Source of the DNA: Bryobacterales bacterium
GTDB taxonomy: Bacteria; Acidobacteriota; Terriglobia; Bryobacterales; UBA6623
Direction: 5' to 3'
Assembly (NCBI GenBank): GCA_965222095.1
Contig: CBDCTD010000001.1
Coordinates: 141,285 to 205,284 of the forward strand
DNA length: 64,000 nucleotides
The first letter of the stretch is position 1; every line of letters begins with the position of its first letter. The position numbers and the translations under genes were made by a program. Shown here one piece after another: positions 1-9,090 of the stretch. The notes under the pieces are model-generated. The model was not told where the DNA came from. It did not search any database and saw only the letters and a program-made list of their open reading frames with translations.

Positions 1-629
1 TCGACGCCGCAGGCTTCCACGCACTTGTAGCAGAGGATGCATTTCGAATAGTCACGGATGTAGAGTTCGTTGTCGATCTTAGTGGGTTGATGGACGGTGG
101 CCGCGATGGAGCCGTTGGGAGTAGCGTGATCACCGGGCCGGGCGGCGTCCCGTTCCCCCTCCTTGGCGGTCGCCGCGGAAGGTCCGTAGCGTTGCGGCTC
201 GGCGTCGTACTGCTCCATGTACGCTTGCAACTCCGGGGCGGTGGAGACATCCACCGACGAGGCGAGGAATTCCAACACCATACGCCGACTCAGCCGAACT
301 CTCTCGGAGTCGGTGTGAACGACCATCCCCGGTTCGGCCTTTCGGGAGCAGGCTGGGACGAGTGCTCGCGAGCCTTCAAGCTCGACAACGCAGACCCGGC
401 ACACGTTGACCGGCGTGAGGTTTTCGAGATAGCACAGAGTCGGGGTGTCGATGCCGAGTTGGCGACCGGCCTCGAGCAGTGTTGAGCCTTCGGGCACGGT
501 GACCTTTCGCCCGTCGATGGTGATCTCGACTTCCGGCTTCGGTTTCCTGGAAGGAATGACCGGGATCGGCCCCCGAGGCACGGGGATCCGGAGTTCGGGG
601 GCGTCGGTGGCTGTGTTTTCGGGTTTCAT
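1..629 (-). CDS. Fe-S subunit, NuoG/FdsA N-terminal-like (2Fe-2S plus 4Fe-4S ferredoxin motifs); 3' end lies beyond the window
   Basis: Not in the ORF track because it runs off the window. My own translation from ATG 629-627: MKPENTATDAPELRIPVPRGP...EVEITIDGRKVTVPEGSTLLEAGRQLGIDTPTLCYLENLTPVNVCRVCVVELEGSRALVPAC...IRDYSKCILCYKCVEACGV. The Cys spacing fits a plant-type 2Fe-2S cluster followed by CxxCxxCxxxC. Confidence 0.8.
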   Translation of the reverse strand, partial: MKPENTATDAPELRIPVPRGPIPVIPSRKPKPEVEITIDGRKVTVPEGSTLLEAGRQLGIDTPTLCYLENLTPVNVCRVCVVELEGSRALVPACSRKAEPGMVVHTDSERVRLSRRMVLEFLASSVDVSTAPELQAYMEQYDAEPQRYGPSAATAKEGERDAARPGDHATPNGSIAATVHQPTKIDNELYIRDYSKCILCYKCVEACGV

Positions 630-690
630 TCCTGTCTGGCTCCCGGTTCGGACCGCTTTCCTAGGGTAACGACGTGGTAGGGGTTATCGG

Positions 691-2613
691 TCATTGCTCC
701 CCGAAAACCTTCCACTTCCCGAGCGCCGATTCGATGGCGCTCGAAGCGGTATGGCCCAGCCCGCAGATCGACGCATCCCGCATCACTTGGCCGATTTCCT
801 TTAACATTTCCAGCTCTTGTTCCGCCGATCCGAGCGGGCGGTCGCCGGCAAGACGATGCAACATCTCTTCTTGCCGCACCGTTCCAACGCGGCAAGGGAC
901 GCACTGGCCGCAGGACTCATCCCGAAAAAAGCGGGCGACCCGCAGCAGTATTTTCCTCAAGTCAACTGTGTCGTCGAAAAGCATGACGACGGCCGAGCCG
1001 AGAGTGGCCCCGATGGCCCGCGTCCCCTCGAACGTCAAAGGCGTGTCGAGGTCGTTGGGCGAGACGAATGCTCCCGCCGCGCCTCCGAGGAGAATGGCCT
1101 GCAGACGTCCACTTCCGCCAACGCCTCCGGCAAGTTCGATGACCTCGCGAAGAGTCGTTCCGAACTCGGCTTCGTAAATTCCGGGTCGAGCCACGTGTCC
1201 GGAGACACAGAAGAGTTTCGGGCCGGTCGAGCGCACGGTCCCCATCGACGCGAAGGCGGCGCTACCTTCTAAGACAATCGGCAACACATTCACTAGCGTC
1301 TCGACGTTGTTCACCAAGGTCGGCCGGCCGAACAACCCGGCCTGGGTCGGATACGGCGGCTTGTTGCGGGGCTCGCCGCGGTAGCCTTCGATGGAATTAA
1401 ACAAGGCTGTCTCTTCCCCGCAGATGTATGCCCCGGCGCCGCGGCGGATTTCGATGTCGAAACTCACGCCACGTCCCATGACGCTGTCGCCCAGCAGGCC
1501 CGCCGCGCGAGCCTGGTGAATGGCATGAGCGATTCGCTCAGTTGCTAGAGGGTATTCACCGCGGATGTAGATAAAACCCTTCTCGCAGCCGGTCGCCGTC
1601 CCCGCGATCGTCATGGCCTCGACGACCGCAAAAGGGTCTGCTTCCATCAGAACGCGGTCTTTAAACGTCCCGGGCTCGGATTCATCGGCGTTGCAGATCG
1701 TGTAGCAACGAGCTTCGGCCTCGGCGACTGCCTTCCACTTGATTCCCGCCGGAAAAGCCGCTCCCCCACGTCCCAGCAGTTTGGAATCGGTTACCTCTTG
1801 AATGACGCGCTCCGAACCCAGTTCGAAGGCTTTTTCGAGTGCCTGGTAGCCGCCCTGATTTTGATAGTCACTAAGGCTCTCGGGATCAACGACGCCCACT
1901 CGCTTCAGAAGACGAAGCTCGGGCTGACCCGCTTGAGGAACAGAGACCGCAGCGTTGAACTCGTCGGGATTCGTCGTCGGCTTGCCGTCAGCGGACGCTA
2001 GGGCAGCCGTCACCGTCCCTGGATCGGTGGGCGCGAGAACTTTTTCCCAGGGCTGCTCACCTGCCGTCGAGGCGAGGGCTGCGGGCGCGCGCTCGCAGAG
2101 GCCCAAGCAAGGGCTTCGCAGCCAGGTAGCGTTCCCGTTGGAAGTCGACGAACCAGCCGGACCCAACGTTTGCTCCAGTTTTTCGCAGAGCTCTCCGGCT
2201 CCGCGCGTCAAGCAAGCAATGTCGTCGCAGACGTGAACCACCTGAGGCGGGCGAGGCTTGACGGAGAACAGTGCGTAAAAATCGGCCACGCCGAAAGCGT
2301 CCGCCGGCGGTACGTTGAGCCGGCGGCAGGCATAGTTCAAAGCTCCGGGGCTGATCCAACCTAAACGCGAGTGGATTCCGTGAAGAACGGGAAGCAACAG
2401 GTGACGATTCGCTCGCGCAGCGTGCCCGGTCGAGGACGTACGCCCTTCGGTCTCGATCTGCCGCGGACCTCCCAGCCATCCCGATTCGGGCAGCCCCAGC
2501 ACCCCGTCAACAGCCGCTTTTTCTTCGTCGGTGGGTCTGTGGTCGGTGAAGTGAAGGTCCAAGAAACGTTGCTCCGTATAGCCTGCTACTGCTGAGCGGC
2601 GCATGCGAAGCAC
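691..2613 (-). CDS. NuoE-NuoF fusion flavoprotein (NAD(H)-binding diaphorase subunit of a formate dehydrogenase or hydrogenase-type complex)
   Basis: 640-aa ORF. The N-terminal part is a thioredoxin-like 2Fe-2S module (VCDDIAC...SPCLGLCERAP). The rest is NuoF-like (GRGGAAFPAGIKWK, ICNADESEPGTFKDR, ESCGQCVPCRVGT). Confidence 0.85.
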   Translation of the reverse strand: MLRMRRSAVAGYTEQRFLDLHFTDHRPTDEEKAAVDGVLGLPESGWLGGPRQIETEGRTSSTGHAARANRHLLLPVLHGIHSRLGWISPGALNYACRRLNVPPADAFGVADFYALFSVKPRPPQVVHVCDDIACLTRGAGELCEKLEQTLGPAGSSTSNGNATWLRSPCLGLCERAPAALASTAGEQPWEKVLAPTDPGTVTAALASADGKPTTNPDEFNAAVSVPQAGQPELRLLKRVGVVDPESLSDYQNQGGYQALEKAFELGSERVIQEVTDSKLLGRGGAAFPAGIKWKAVAEAEARCYTICNADESEPGTFKDRVLMEADPFAVVEAMTIAGTATGCEKGFIYIRGEYPLATERIAHAIHQARAAGLLGDSVMGRGVSFDIEIRRGAGAYICGEETALFNSIEGYRGEPRNKPPYPTQAGLFGRPTLVNNVETLVNVLPIVLEGSAAFASMGTVRSTGPKLFCVSGHVARPGIYEAEFGTTLREVIELAGGVGGSGRLQAILLGGAAGAFVSPNDLDTPLTFEGTRAIGATLGSAVVMLFDDTVDLRKILLRVARFFRDESCGQCVPCRVGTVRQEEMLHRLAGDRPLGSAEQELEMLKEIGQVMRDASICGLGHTASSAIESALGKWKVFGEQ

Positions 2614-2721
2614 AGGCAGCCGTGTCTGTGCCGGGCACGAAATGTGGTGTCCCTACGTTATCTTCCTTGCGGAATCCGTGTTCCGGCGCCGAATACGGGC
2701 GCCCCCAGGGCTGCTACCAAC

Positions 2722-4680
2722 CTAGTCTCCCGTCAACATTGCCTCCCCGTCACGGATCGGCTCGCTATTGCTCAACTTGTCGATCCGGATCGCGGTGGCC
2801 TTGAATTCGGCGGTTCCTGACTTCGGGTCAACCGCGTCGATGGTCAACTGGTTGGTTTGCACCTCGTCGGGAAAATGGAATGTCATAAACGCCAGCCCCG
2901 GTCGCAATGTCGGGTCGTAGCGGACCGGCGCGATCACTGCACCGCGGCGGGAAGCCACCTGCACGCGCTCCCCTTCCACAACACCGTAGCGCTCGCCGTC
3001 CTCCGGCGAGATATCGAGCGACTCTCCACGACGCAGCGGCGATCGGTACTGTGCCGTCTGTACGCCCGTATTGTAGGAATCCAGTCGGCGGCCGGTAGTG
3101 AGCCGGACGGGATACTCCTCGGTGAGCTCGTCTACGGGGGGATCATGCTCGACCGGACTAAGCGGCGCTCTCGGGCCGACTACGGGTCTTTCCCAAAGAC
3201 GACTGTGAAGGAACTGCTCGCCGGGGTGCGACTCGTCGTAGCACGGCCAGCGAATTCCCCCCAGCGCCTCGAGACGCGCGTACGACATACCGGCGTGCAT
3301 CGGGGAGAGGCTCCGAACCTCGTCCCAGATCTTCTCGGCGTTCGGCTTGCCCCAGTCGTGACCCAACCGTCGCGCAAGCTCAAACACGATCTCCGTATCG
3401 TCGCGGGACCCCGGGAGCGGGGCCATGGCGCGGCGGACACGTTGCACCTTGCGCTCGCTACTGGTGACAGTTCCCTCTGACTCTGACCAACCCGCGGCGG
3501 CCGGCAGAACGACGTCGGCGATCTCAGCCGTGTTCGTCATCAACACGTCCTGTACGACGAGAACGTCCAGTCCATTGAGCAGCTTCATCGCCCGGTTCTG
3601 ATCCGCTTCCGAATCGGCCGGGTTTTCACCGATCACATACAGCGCCTTGAAATCGCCGCTCTCCATCGCGTCGAACATGCCGCTGAGATGCAGGCCGCGT
3701 TTGGGTGGAACCTTTACCCCCCAGGCTTTTTCGAATTTCCCGCGAAGGTCGTCATTCTCCACATGCTGAAAACCCGGGAAACGGTCCGGGATGGCGCCCA
3801 TGTCGCCTCCGCCTTGGACGTTGTTTTGCCCGCGCAAAGGATTCAGCCCGGAGCCGTAGCGGCCCACGTGACCCGTTAACAGAGAGAGACTGATCAAGGC
3901 CAGCACGTTGTCGACTGCGTTGTGATGCTCGGTGATACCTAACGTCCAGCACAGCTCGGCCCGAGGCGCCTTGGCGTACGCGTGGGCCAGGTGTCGAATC
4001 GCGTCCGCGGGTACGCCGGTAACCCGTTCGGCGTACTCCAGCGTGTAAGAATTCACGGTCGCCTTGTATTCGTCGAATCGGCTGGTAGCATGTTCGACGA
4101 AGTCGTTATTCGTTAGACCCGCGGCGATGATTTCGCGACCCATGGCGTTGGCGAGAGCGATGTCGCTACCGACGTCGAGGCCCAGCCAACCGTCGGCCCA
4201 CTGCGCAGACCCCGTCCTTCGCGGGTCGACCACGTAGAGTTTCGCACCGTTATGCACTCCCTTCAACACGTGATGGAAGAAGATGGGGTGCGTCTCGCGG
4301 GCGTTCGAGCCCCACAGGATGATGAGGTCCGTCTCCTCGACCTCCTGGTAGGAACTGGTCCCGCCTCCCGCTCCGAACACTGTCGCCAGACCGACGACGC
4401 TCGGGGCGTGTCAAGTACGGTTGCAGCTGTCGATGTTGTTGCTGCCGATGACCACCCGCGCAAACTTTTGGGACGTGAAGTTGAGCTCGTTCGTCGTTTT
4501 CGAGCAGCTAAAGATCCCAAACGTTTGTGGGCCGTGCTTCGCGACCGCGGAGCGAAAGCCTTCAGCGGCCCGATCCAGAGCCTCGTCCCAACTGGCGGGA
4601 CGGAGGCTGCCTTCGTCGCGAACCAACGGTTGAGTCAGCCGGCCTTTCCGATTCTTGTTCATAGCCATACCCAAAACCAT
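2722..4680 (-). CDS. fdhA: Formate dehydrogenase catalytic (molybdo/tungstopterin) subunit, selenocysteine-containing; TGA at 4413-4411 read as Sec
   Basis: Track ORFs 4411..4791 and 2722..4380 share one frame and are separated only by TGA. The joined sequence reads ...SCSKTTNELNFTSQKFARVVIGSNNIDSCNRT-U-HAPSVVGLATVFGAGGGT. The C-terminus is an Molydop_binding-like domain (YPVRLTTGRRLDSYNTG...FMTFHF). The start is uncertain, with in-frame ATGs at 4680, 4668 and 4662. Confidence 0.85.
4373..4404 (-). promoter_or_regulatory. Putative bacterial SECIS hairpin
   Basis: Starts 6 nt after the TGA: CCGAGC-GUCGUC-[GGUCU]-GGCGAC-(AGU bulge)-GUUCGG. That is 12 bp including 2 G-U pairs. The apical GGUCU falls on the Gly-Leu codons, as in E. 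coli fdhF. Confidence 0.7.
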
Positions 4681-5116
4681 TCTAGTGGATCGTTGCTGGC
4701 CTCGGGATGCTCCACTGTTGATTCCAGAGCGTCGGAGCCGCGAGCGAGCGGCCATGACGCCACGACCGCCCCGTATACTTGGCCCTGTCACTAACGTTCC
4801 TGGCTCCGTTTCCTACTCGCGCACACCCTCGCGACAAGCGAAGCTGAGCCGCGAACGCAAGTGAGTGTCCGATGGGCCTGCGGCCCACCCAAGCGGATGA
4901 AAACCGGTGCGTTTTCGACCGAGCGGCCACGGGCCCGCGGCCGCCGAGGAGAATTTCCTCTGACTCACCTCCGCGCTTCCGATAAGGGCCCTTTGGGGAC
5001 GCAAGAGTCTTGGCTGTTTAACGCAGAAGTGACGGACCGAGGCCGTTTTGCTTGAAGGTCCGTCGCCAAGAGTGCCTGCGTCACCGACGGCCAGGGAGCT
5101 GAAGGAGCCGAAATCC

Positions 5117-5467
5117 ATGACGAGCGATGAGCGAATCTATGATCGATGTCGCACTGCGGCCCGTGATTTGTTGCGAGGGCTTGAGACAAAAGATCTCCCC
5201 TTGATCGAACAGCAGGTAGCTTTAGTGCAGGCCTACCTCTCTGATCAAGCGTGGCATGGCCAGACGTGGCAGGGCGCCGATGCTCTCTACCGTGCCGAGC
5301 AACTCGAGGCGCTCGCCGGCGTGACCGAAGAGATCGAGAGGTCGCTGCTCGCCTTAAGGCGCTCCACTGATGTCGAATTCGAACACTTGCTCGCCACCGC
5401 GCCGCTGCTACGGCATCTCACGGTCCTTCCCGCTTCTTGTTGCGAAATCAATCTTCCCGTGTGTTAG
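5117..5467 (+). CDS. Hypothetical protein (116 aa)
   Basis: The ATG is preceded by AAGGAG (5101-5106) at 10-nt spacing. Codon usage looks coding. I recognise no domain. Confidence 0.5.
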   Translation: MTSDERIYDRCRTAARDLLRGLETKDLPLIEQQVALVQAYLSDQAWHGQTWQGADALYRAEQLEALAGVTEEIERSLLALRRSTDVEFEHLLATAPLLRHLTVLPASCCEINLPVC

Positions 5468-6188
5468 CCCTCTTTTCTCACGCAATTGGCCTCGTTAGGC
5501 GGTGAGAAAAGGCCACTAGGGACTGTCTTGGAGATATAGATTTGGAAATGTCGGACAGGAAGCGTGGCGCACGCTTTCAGCGTGCCGTGCCGGCATTCTT
5601 GCCGGCGTGCGAATGACCTCCACCACGCAGCGGGCCGCCGGGCGCACGAACAAGACGTTCATGTCGCCAGCAATGGCGACACGGCAAGCCGTTTTACGGC
5701 AGGTCGCCCCCGCATGTCGTTCCTTTCGGCGCTCGGCCGCTCCCAGCGGTCGAGCGGGGCCTGGGGTGGGGCAAAAATCGGCCGGCTTAACGGCCGATTT
5801 CCCCTTTCCACCACTCCCGAAACCCAGTCACGGGGGTTTGAAATTTCTAACCCGCGAACCGTCAACAAGATCGTCTCGCCTTCACCATCTACCCTCCCCC
5901 CACCGTGCTATTCTGGCCCCGTAAGAGCGCCAGTCCTTCAGGGAGCGACAGACTGGCGCACCCCGGCCGGGATATAAAGTCCTCCCCATGGCCTCCGTCG
6001 GTGAGCCGATCAACCGACCGCGTTACACAGAACAACGGGATCGATCCCAAACCGTTTTGGCGGCTCCGCGCGATACCAAAGGAGCCGCACCTTATCACGC
6101 CGCGCCCAGGGGCGCCTCTCGCGGGCCGCCCCGGCGTCGGCCAACATCTTCCGCGCGTCGGACTCGGTTCTCGGGCGAAAAATGTTGG

Positions 6189-6303
6189 CTGGAAGATATG
6201 AAAAAATCAGGGACTGTCACAAGCGGCGTCCTAGAAGTCGCGTAGAATCAATCGCAGCTTCCGCTGCGGGCTGACTGTCCCAGCATTTTTTCACACCTTC
6301 CAG
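6189..6303. repeat. Palindromic MITE-like intergenic element, subfamily A
   Basis: The arms are ctggaagatatgaaaaaatcagggactgtcac (6189-6220) and the reverse complement of 6271-6303, ctggaaggtgtgaaaaaatgctgggacagtcag. A second copy lies at 42847-42958 in the opposite orientation and shares the core cgtagaatca. Confidence 0.85.
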
Positions 6304-6652
6304 CACCCGATTCTTCGCCTCCTCATCGCCGATTTGGGTCGAAAACTCCGGCCATTCCTGCCACCAACTGCCGCCAATCATCGCCTATGGGGCACCTTAA
6401 ATAACACGAACAAAAAGACTTAAGGCGCAAGCAGGCGAGTGGCAGTGCCCCCCCCGATTCTTACCAAAAACCCCCTCGAAACGGCCGCTAGACCCCCGCT
6501 AGAGGCCGGAAACTCGCGTTTTCCTTTCGCTAGACGTGGTTTTTCGCACGCTACATTGCCGCGAATCCCTAGCTGCGCCCGGTCCAGAAGCAGTCCCGCG
6601 ACGCCGCGCCAATACCGCGGGGCCCTGCCCTAGTTCCCGTGGTAGAAGTCGT

Positions 6653-6785
6653 GCGGGAGCGAAAAATGGGGACTGCCACCTATTCGCCTCCCGTCATGAT
6701 CCTCGAAACAAAGCACTTGGCCTGAGGCGAATTGGCTGGCTGTACCCGATTTTTCGCGACCTTTACTTTCACCACGGGCTGCTAG
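6653..6785. repeat. Palindromic MITE-like intergenic element, subfamily B, with tail actttcaccacgggctgctag
   Basis: gcgaaaaatggggactgccacc ... ggctgtacccgatttttcgc form inverted arms. They are followed by tttactttcaccacgggctgctag, the same tail as at 10866-10886. Confidence 0.8.
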
Positions 6786-6790
6786 TTCCC

Positions 6791-6814
6791 GAATCACCCG
6801 AATCACCCGAATCA
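6791..6814. repeat. Tandem 9-mer gaatcaccc, 2.7 copies
   Basis: Read directly: gaatcaccc gaatcaccc gaatca. Confidence 0.9.
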
Positions 6815-6898
6815 AATGACACGTTCAGCCGCGGTTAACTTCTCTGCATTGTTGCCTCCTTCCAAGTTCCACTCTCAGCCCGCCCAAGAAGAAGGCTT

Positions 6899-8584
6899 GT
6901 GTCGATCGCCGTGCTACCATCTCAGCAAACCGTGAGACCGCTGCCAGGGACCATCGCCGTACTGCTCGCGATGTCTGGTTCTGCGTGCCAAACGACCACC
7001 CACCAGCCCAGGGGGGACCGGTTCATGAGCGGAGAGCGGATCGCCGCTCACGTCAAGTTTCTTTCCAGTGACTCGCTCGAGGGCCGCGGCGTTGCGACCC
7101 GCGGGGAAGTACTGGCCACCGAGTACATCGCAACGCAATTCGCGCTTGCCGGGTTGCAGCCGGTCGGCGACGGCGGAACCTACTTTCAGAAAGTCTCGCT
7201 CGTTGGTGTGGAATCACTCCCGGAGACGAAACTCTCTTGGGTCCGGCAGGGTCCGGCCATCAGGATGAAACTGCTGGATGACTTCGTCGTCGTTAATCGA
7301 CGGCAGCGGACCGACGAAGCCGTCAACGCCGAAGTGGTATTCGTCGGCCATGGAATCTCGGCCCCTGAATATGAATGGGATGACTACAAAGGCGTGGACG
7401 TCAAGGGAAAAGTGGTCTTGTTGTTTACCAACGAACCTCCCTCTGATGATCCGAAGTTCTTCGGGGGCAAAGCGCTTACTTACTACGGCCGATGGACTTT
7501 CAAGTACGAAGAAGCCCTTCGGCGCGGAGCGCTCGGTGCGATTGTCATCCACACTCCAGACACGGCGGGCTATCCCTGGGAGGCGGTCCGGAACTCTTGG
7601 GGCCACGCGAACCCCTACGTGAGACTTCAGCCTGGCGAACCGGCTCTGGCGGTCGCTGCCTGGGTAACGGCCGAAGTGGGTGAGCAGCTTGTTGCCTCGA
7701 CCGGCGGGAATCTCTCCGAGCTGCTTGAGCTAGCTAATTCGAGCGACTTCCGGCCTATAGCGCTGGGACTTCGCTTGCAGGGGCGCATCGCGAGCAGGAT
7801 TACGACCCTCAACGCTCATAACGTACTGGGCATCGTGGAAGGTAGCGATCCGGATCGGAAGAGCGAAGCCGTTCTCTACACCGCTCACTGGGACCACTTG
7901 GGAATGGGTGTCTCGGTCGAGGGGGACGACATCTATAACGGCGCCGTCGACAACGCCACCGGCTGCGGCGTCATCGTGGAGCTGGCTGGTGCCTTTGCTC
8001 AACTGAGGCCGCGGCCTTCACGGTCGATCATCTTCGCCGCGGTTACGGCGGAAGAGGGGGGTCTGCGGGGCTCGGAATTCTATGCTCGCCACCCCGTAGT
8101 CCCCGCCGGGATGACGGCTGTGAACCTCAATTTCGACGGCCTGCTACCCCTCGGACCCAGCCAAGACGTGACGTTGCCGGGTTACGACCGCACCACCATC
8201 AAACGCCTCGTAGAGCGGACCGCTGAGAAACTCGGGCTGTTCATTCTTCCCGAAGCTCACCCCGAACAAGGCTATTACTACCGCTCGGACCACTTCAGCC
8301 TGGCGAAAGCCGGCGTGCCCGCCTTCTCGCTGCGGCTCACTGGCGACTCGCTAGGCCGGCCGCTGGGATCGGGAAAGAAAGCTCGCGAAGCCTACGTCGC
8401 CAACCACTACCACCAGCCCTCGGATGAGTTCGATCCCTCATGGGACTTTTCGGGACTCGAGCAACTCGCCCGCTTCGGCTTCGAAATAGGACGGCGCGTA
8501 GCCGAACTACCCGATCTGCCCACGTGGAATCCCGGTGACGAGTTCCTTGCTACTCGAGAGAAGTCATGGGGCAACGAAGAGTAG
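6899..8584 (+). CDS. M28 family metallo-aminopeptidase with PA domain, secreted or lipoprotein
   Basis: Motifs seen: YTAHWDHLGMG, NGAVDNATGCGVIVELA, FAAVTAEEGGLRGSEFY, YHQPSDE. The N-terminus is signal-like (AVLLAMSGSAC). Confidence 0.85.
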   Translation: MSIAVLPSQQTVRPLPGTIAVLLAMSGSACQTTTHQPRGDRFMSGERIAAHVKFLSSDSLEGRGVATRGEVLATEYIATQFALAGLQPVGDGGTYFQKVSLVGVESLPETKLSWVRQGPAIRMKLLDDFVVVNRRQRTDEAVNAEVVFVGHGISAPEYEWDDYKGVDVKGKVVLLFTNEPPSDDPKFFGGKALTYYGRWTFKYEEALRRGALGAIVIHTPDTAGYPWEAVRNSWGHANPYVRLQPGEPALAVAAWVTAEVGEQLVASTGGNLSELLELANSSDFRPIALGLRLQGRIASRITTLNAHNVLGIVEGSDPDRKSEAVLYTAHWDHLGMGVSVEGDDIYNGAVDNATGCGVIVELAGAFAQLRPRPSRSIIFAAVTAEEGGLRGSEFYARHPVVPAGMTAVNLNFDGLLPLGPSQDVTLPGYDRTTIKRLVERTAEKLGLFILPEAHPEQGYYYRSDHFSLAKAGVPAFSLRLTGDSLGRPLGSGKKAREAYVANHYHQPSDEFDPSWDFSGLEQLARFGFEIGRRVAELPDLPTWNPGDEFLATREKSWGNEE

Positions 8585-8689
8585 CCCAACCGGCCTGGTG
8601 GAAGGTCTGATCTCCGTCGAAACCTTGGCGCTCGCCTCCGGGCCGCCGTTTGCGACCGTAGCCGTGCACGGGTTGTCGTCGCTGGCGGT

Positions 8690-8948
8690 ATCGTAAATCA
8701 AGTTGGGAATCTATCCCGAGCGGATCGAACCGGGACACCCGGAGATGCCGGCGGGTCGCTACCCGAGTGCCGATCGCGCCAGCGCTAGCGGAGGCAGGAA
8801 ACATGATGACGGCCCACCCCGACCTCGCTGGGCTCTTTGCTGACAACGAATCGAGCACAGTCGGTACGGTGCAGGCTGCAGGAAAACGTCGACTAGCCCG
8901 AGATCCAGCAAGTGCTTTTCCCCGACCTCGATAAGTGGCTCAATGAAT
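8690..8948 (+). pseudogene. Decayed fragment of a periplasmic sugar-binding protein (RbsB/PBP1-like)
   Basis: One frame gives ALAEAGNMMTAHPDLAGLFADNESSTVGTVQAAGK. This resembles the RbsB-type motif (..HPD....FA.ND....G...A...GK). Continuation requires frame changes and crosses TAG/TAA stops. Only about 0.3 kb remains of what would be a roughly 1-kb gene. Confidence 0.35.
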
Positions 8949-9090
8949 AATCCCGACACCGGAAACACAATTTCGGCTCCATGCCAGCGGACGCTCTGGG
9001 TCGGGCTCTTGCTGGTCCGGCGCTAATCGCCTTTCTTCCCTGGGCAATCCGGCTTTGGAGATCACTTCTGTCAGGCTTACCCCCTAACCT

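Noticed and set aside
4640-4700. Possible frameshifted FS0-domain remnant (GFGYGY in an alternative frame just upstream of the FDH start)
   Set aside because: That frame is closed by TAG two codons upstream. No CxxCxxxC pattern exists in any frame of 4700-5050. The resemblance is too short to count.
5805-5870. Possible tRNA-Sec (selC) near the Sec-FDH locus (TTCAAA on the minus strand)
   Set aside because: The flanks do not form an anticodon stem, an acceptor stem or a T-arm (no GGTTCGA-type box). I saw no tRNA-like cloverleaf anywhere in 4.8-6.9 kb.
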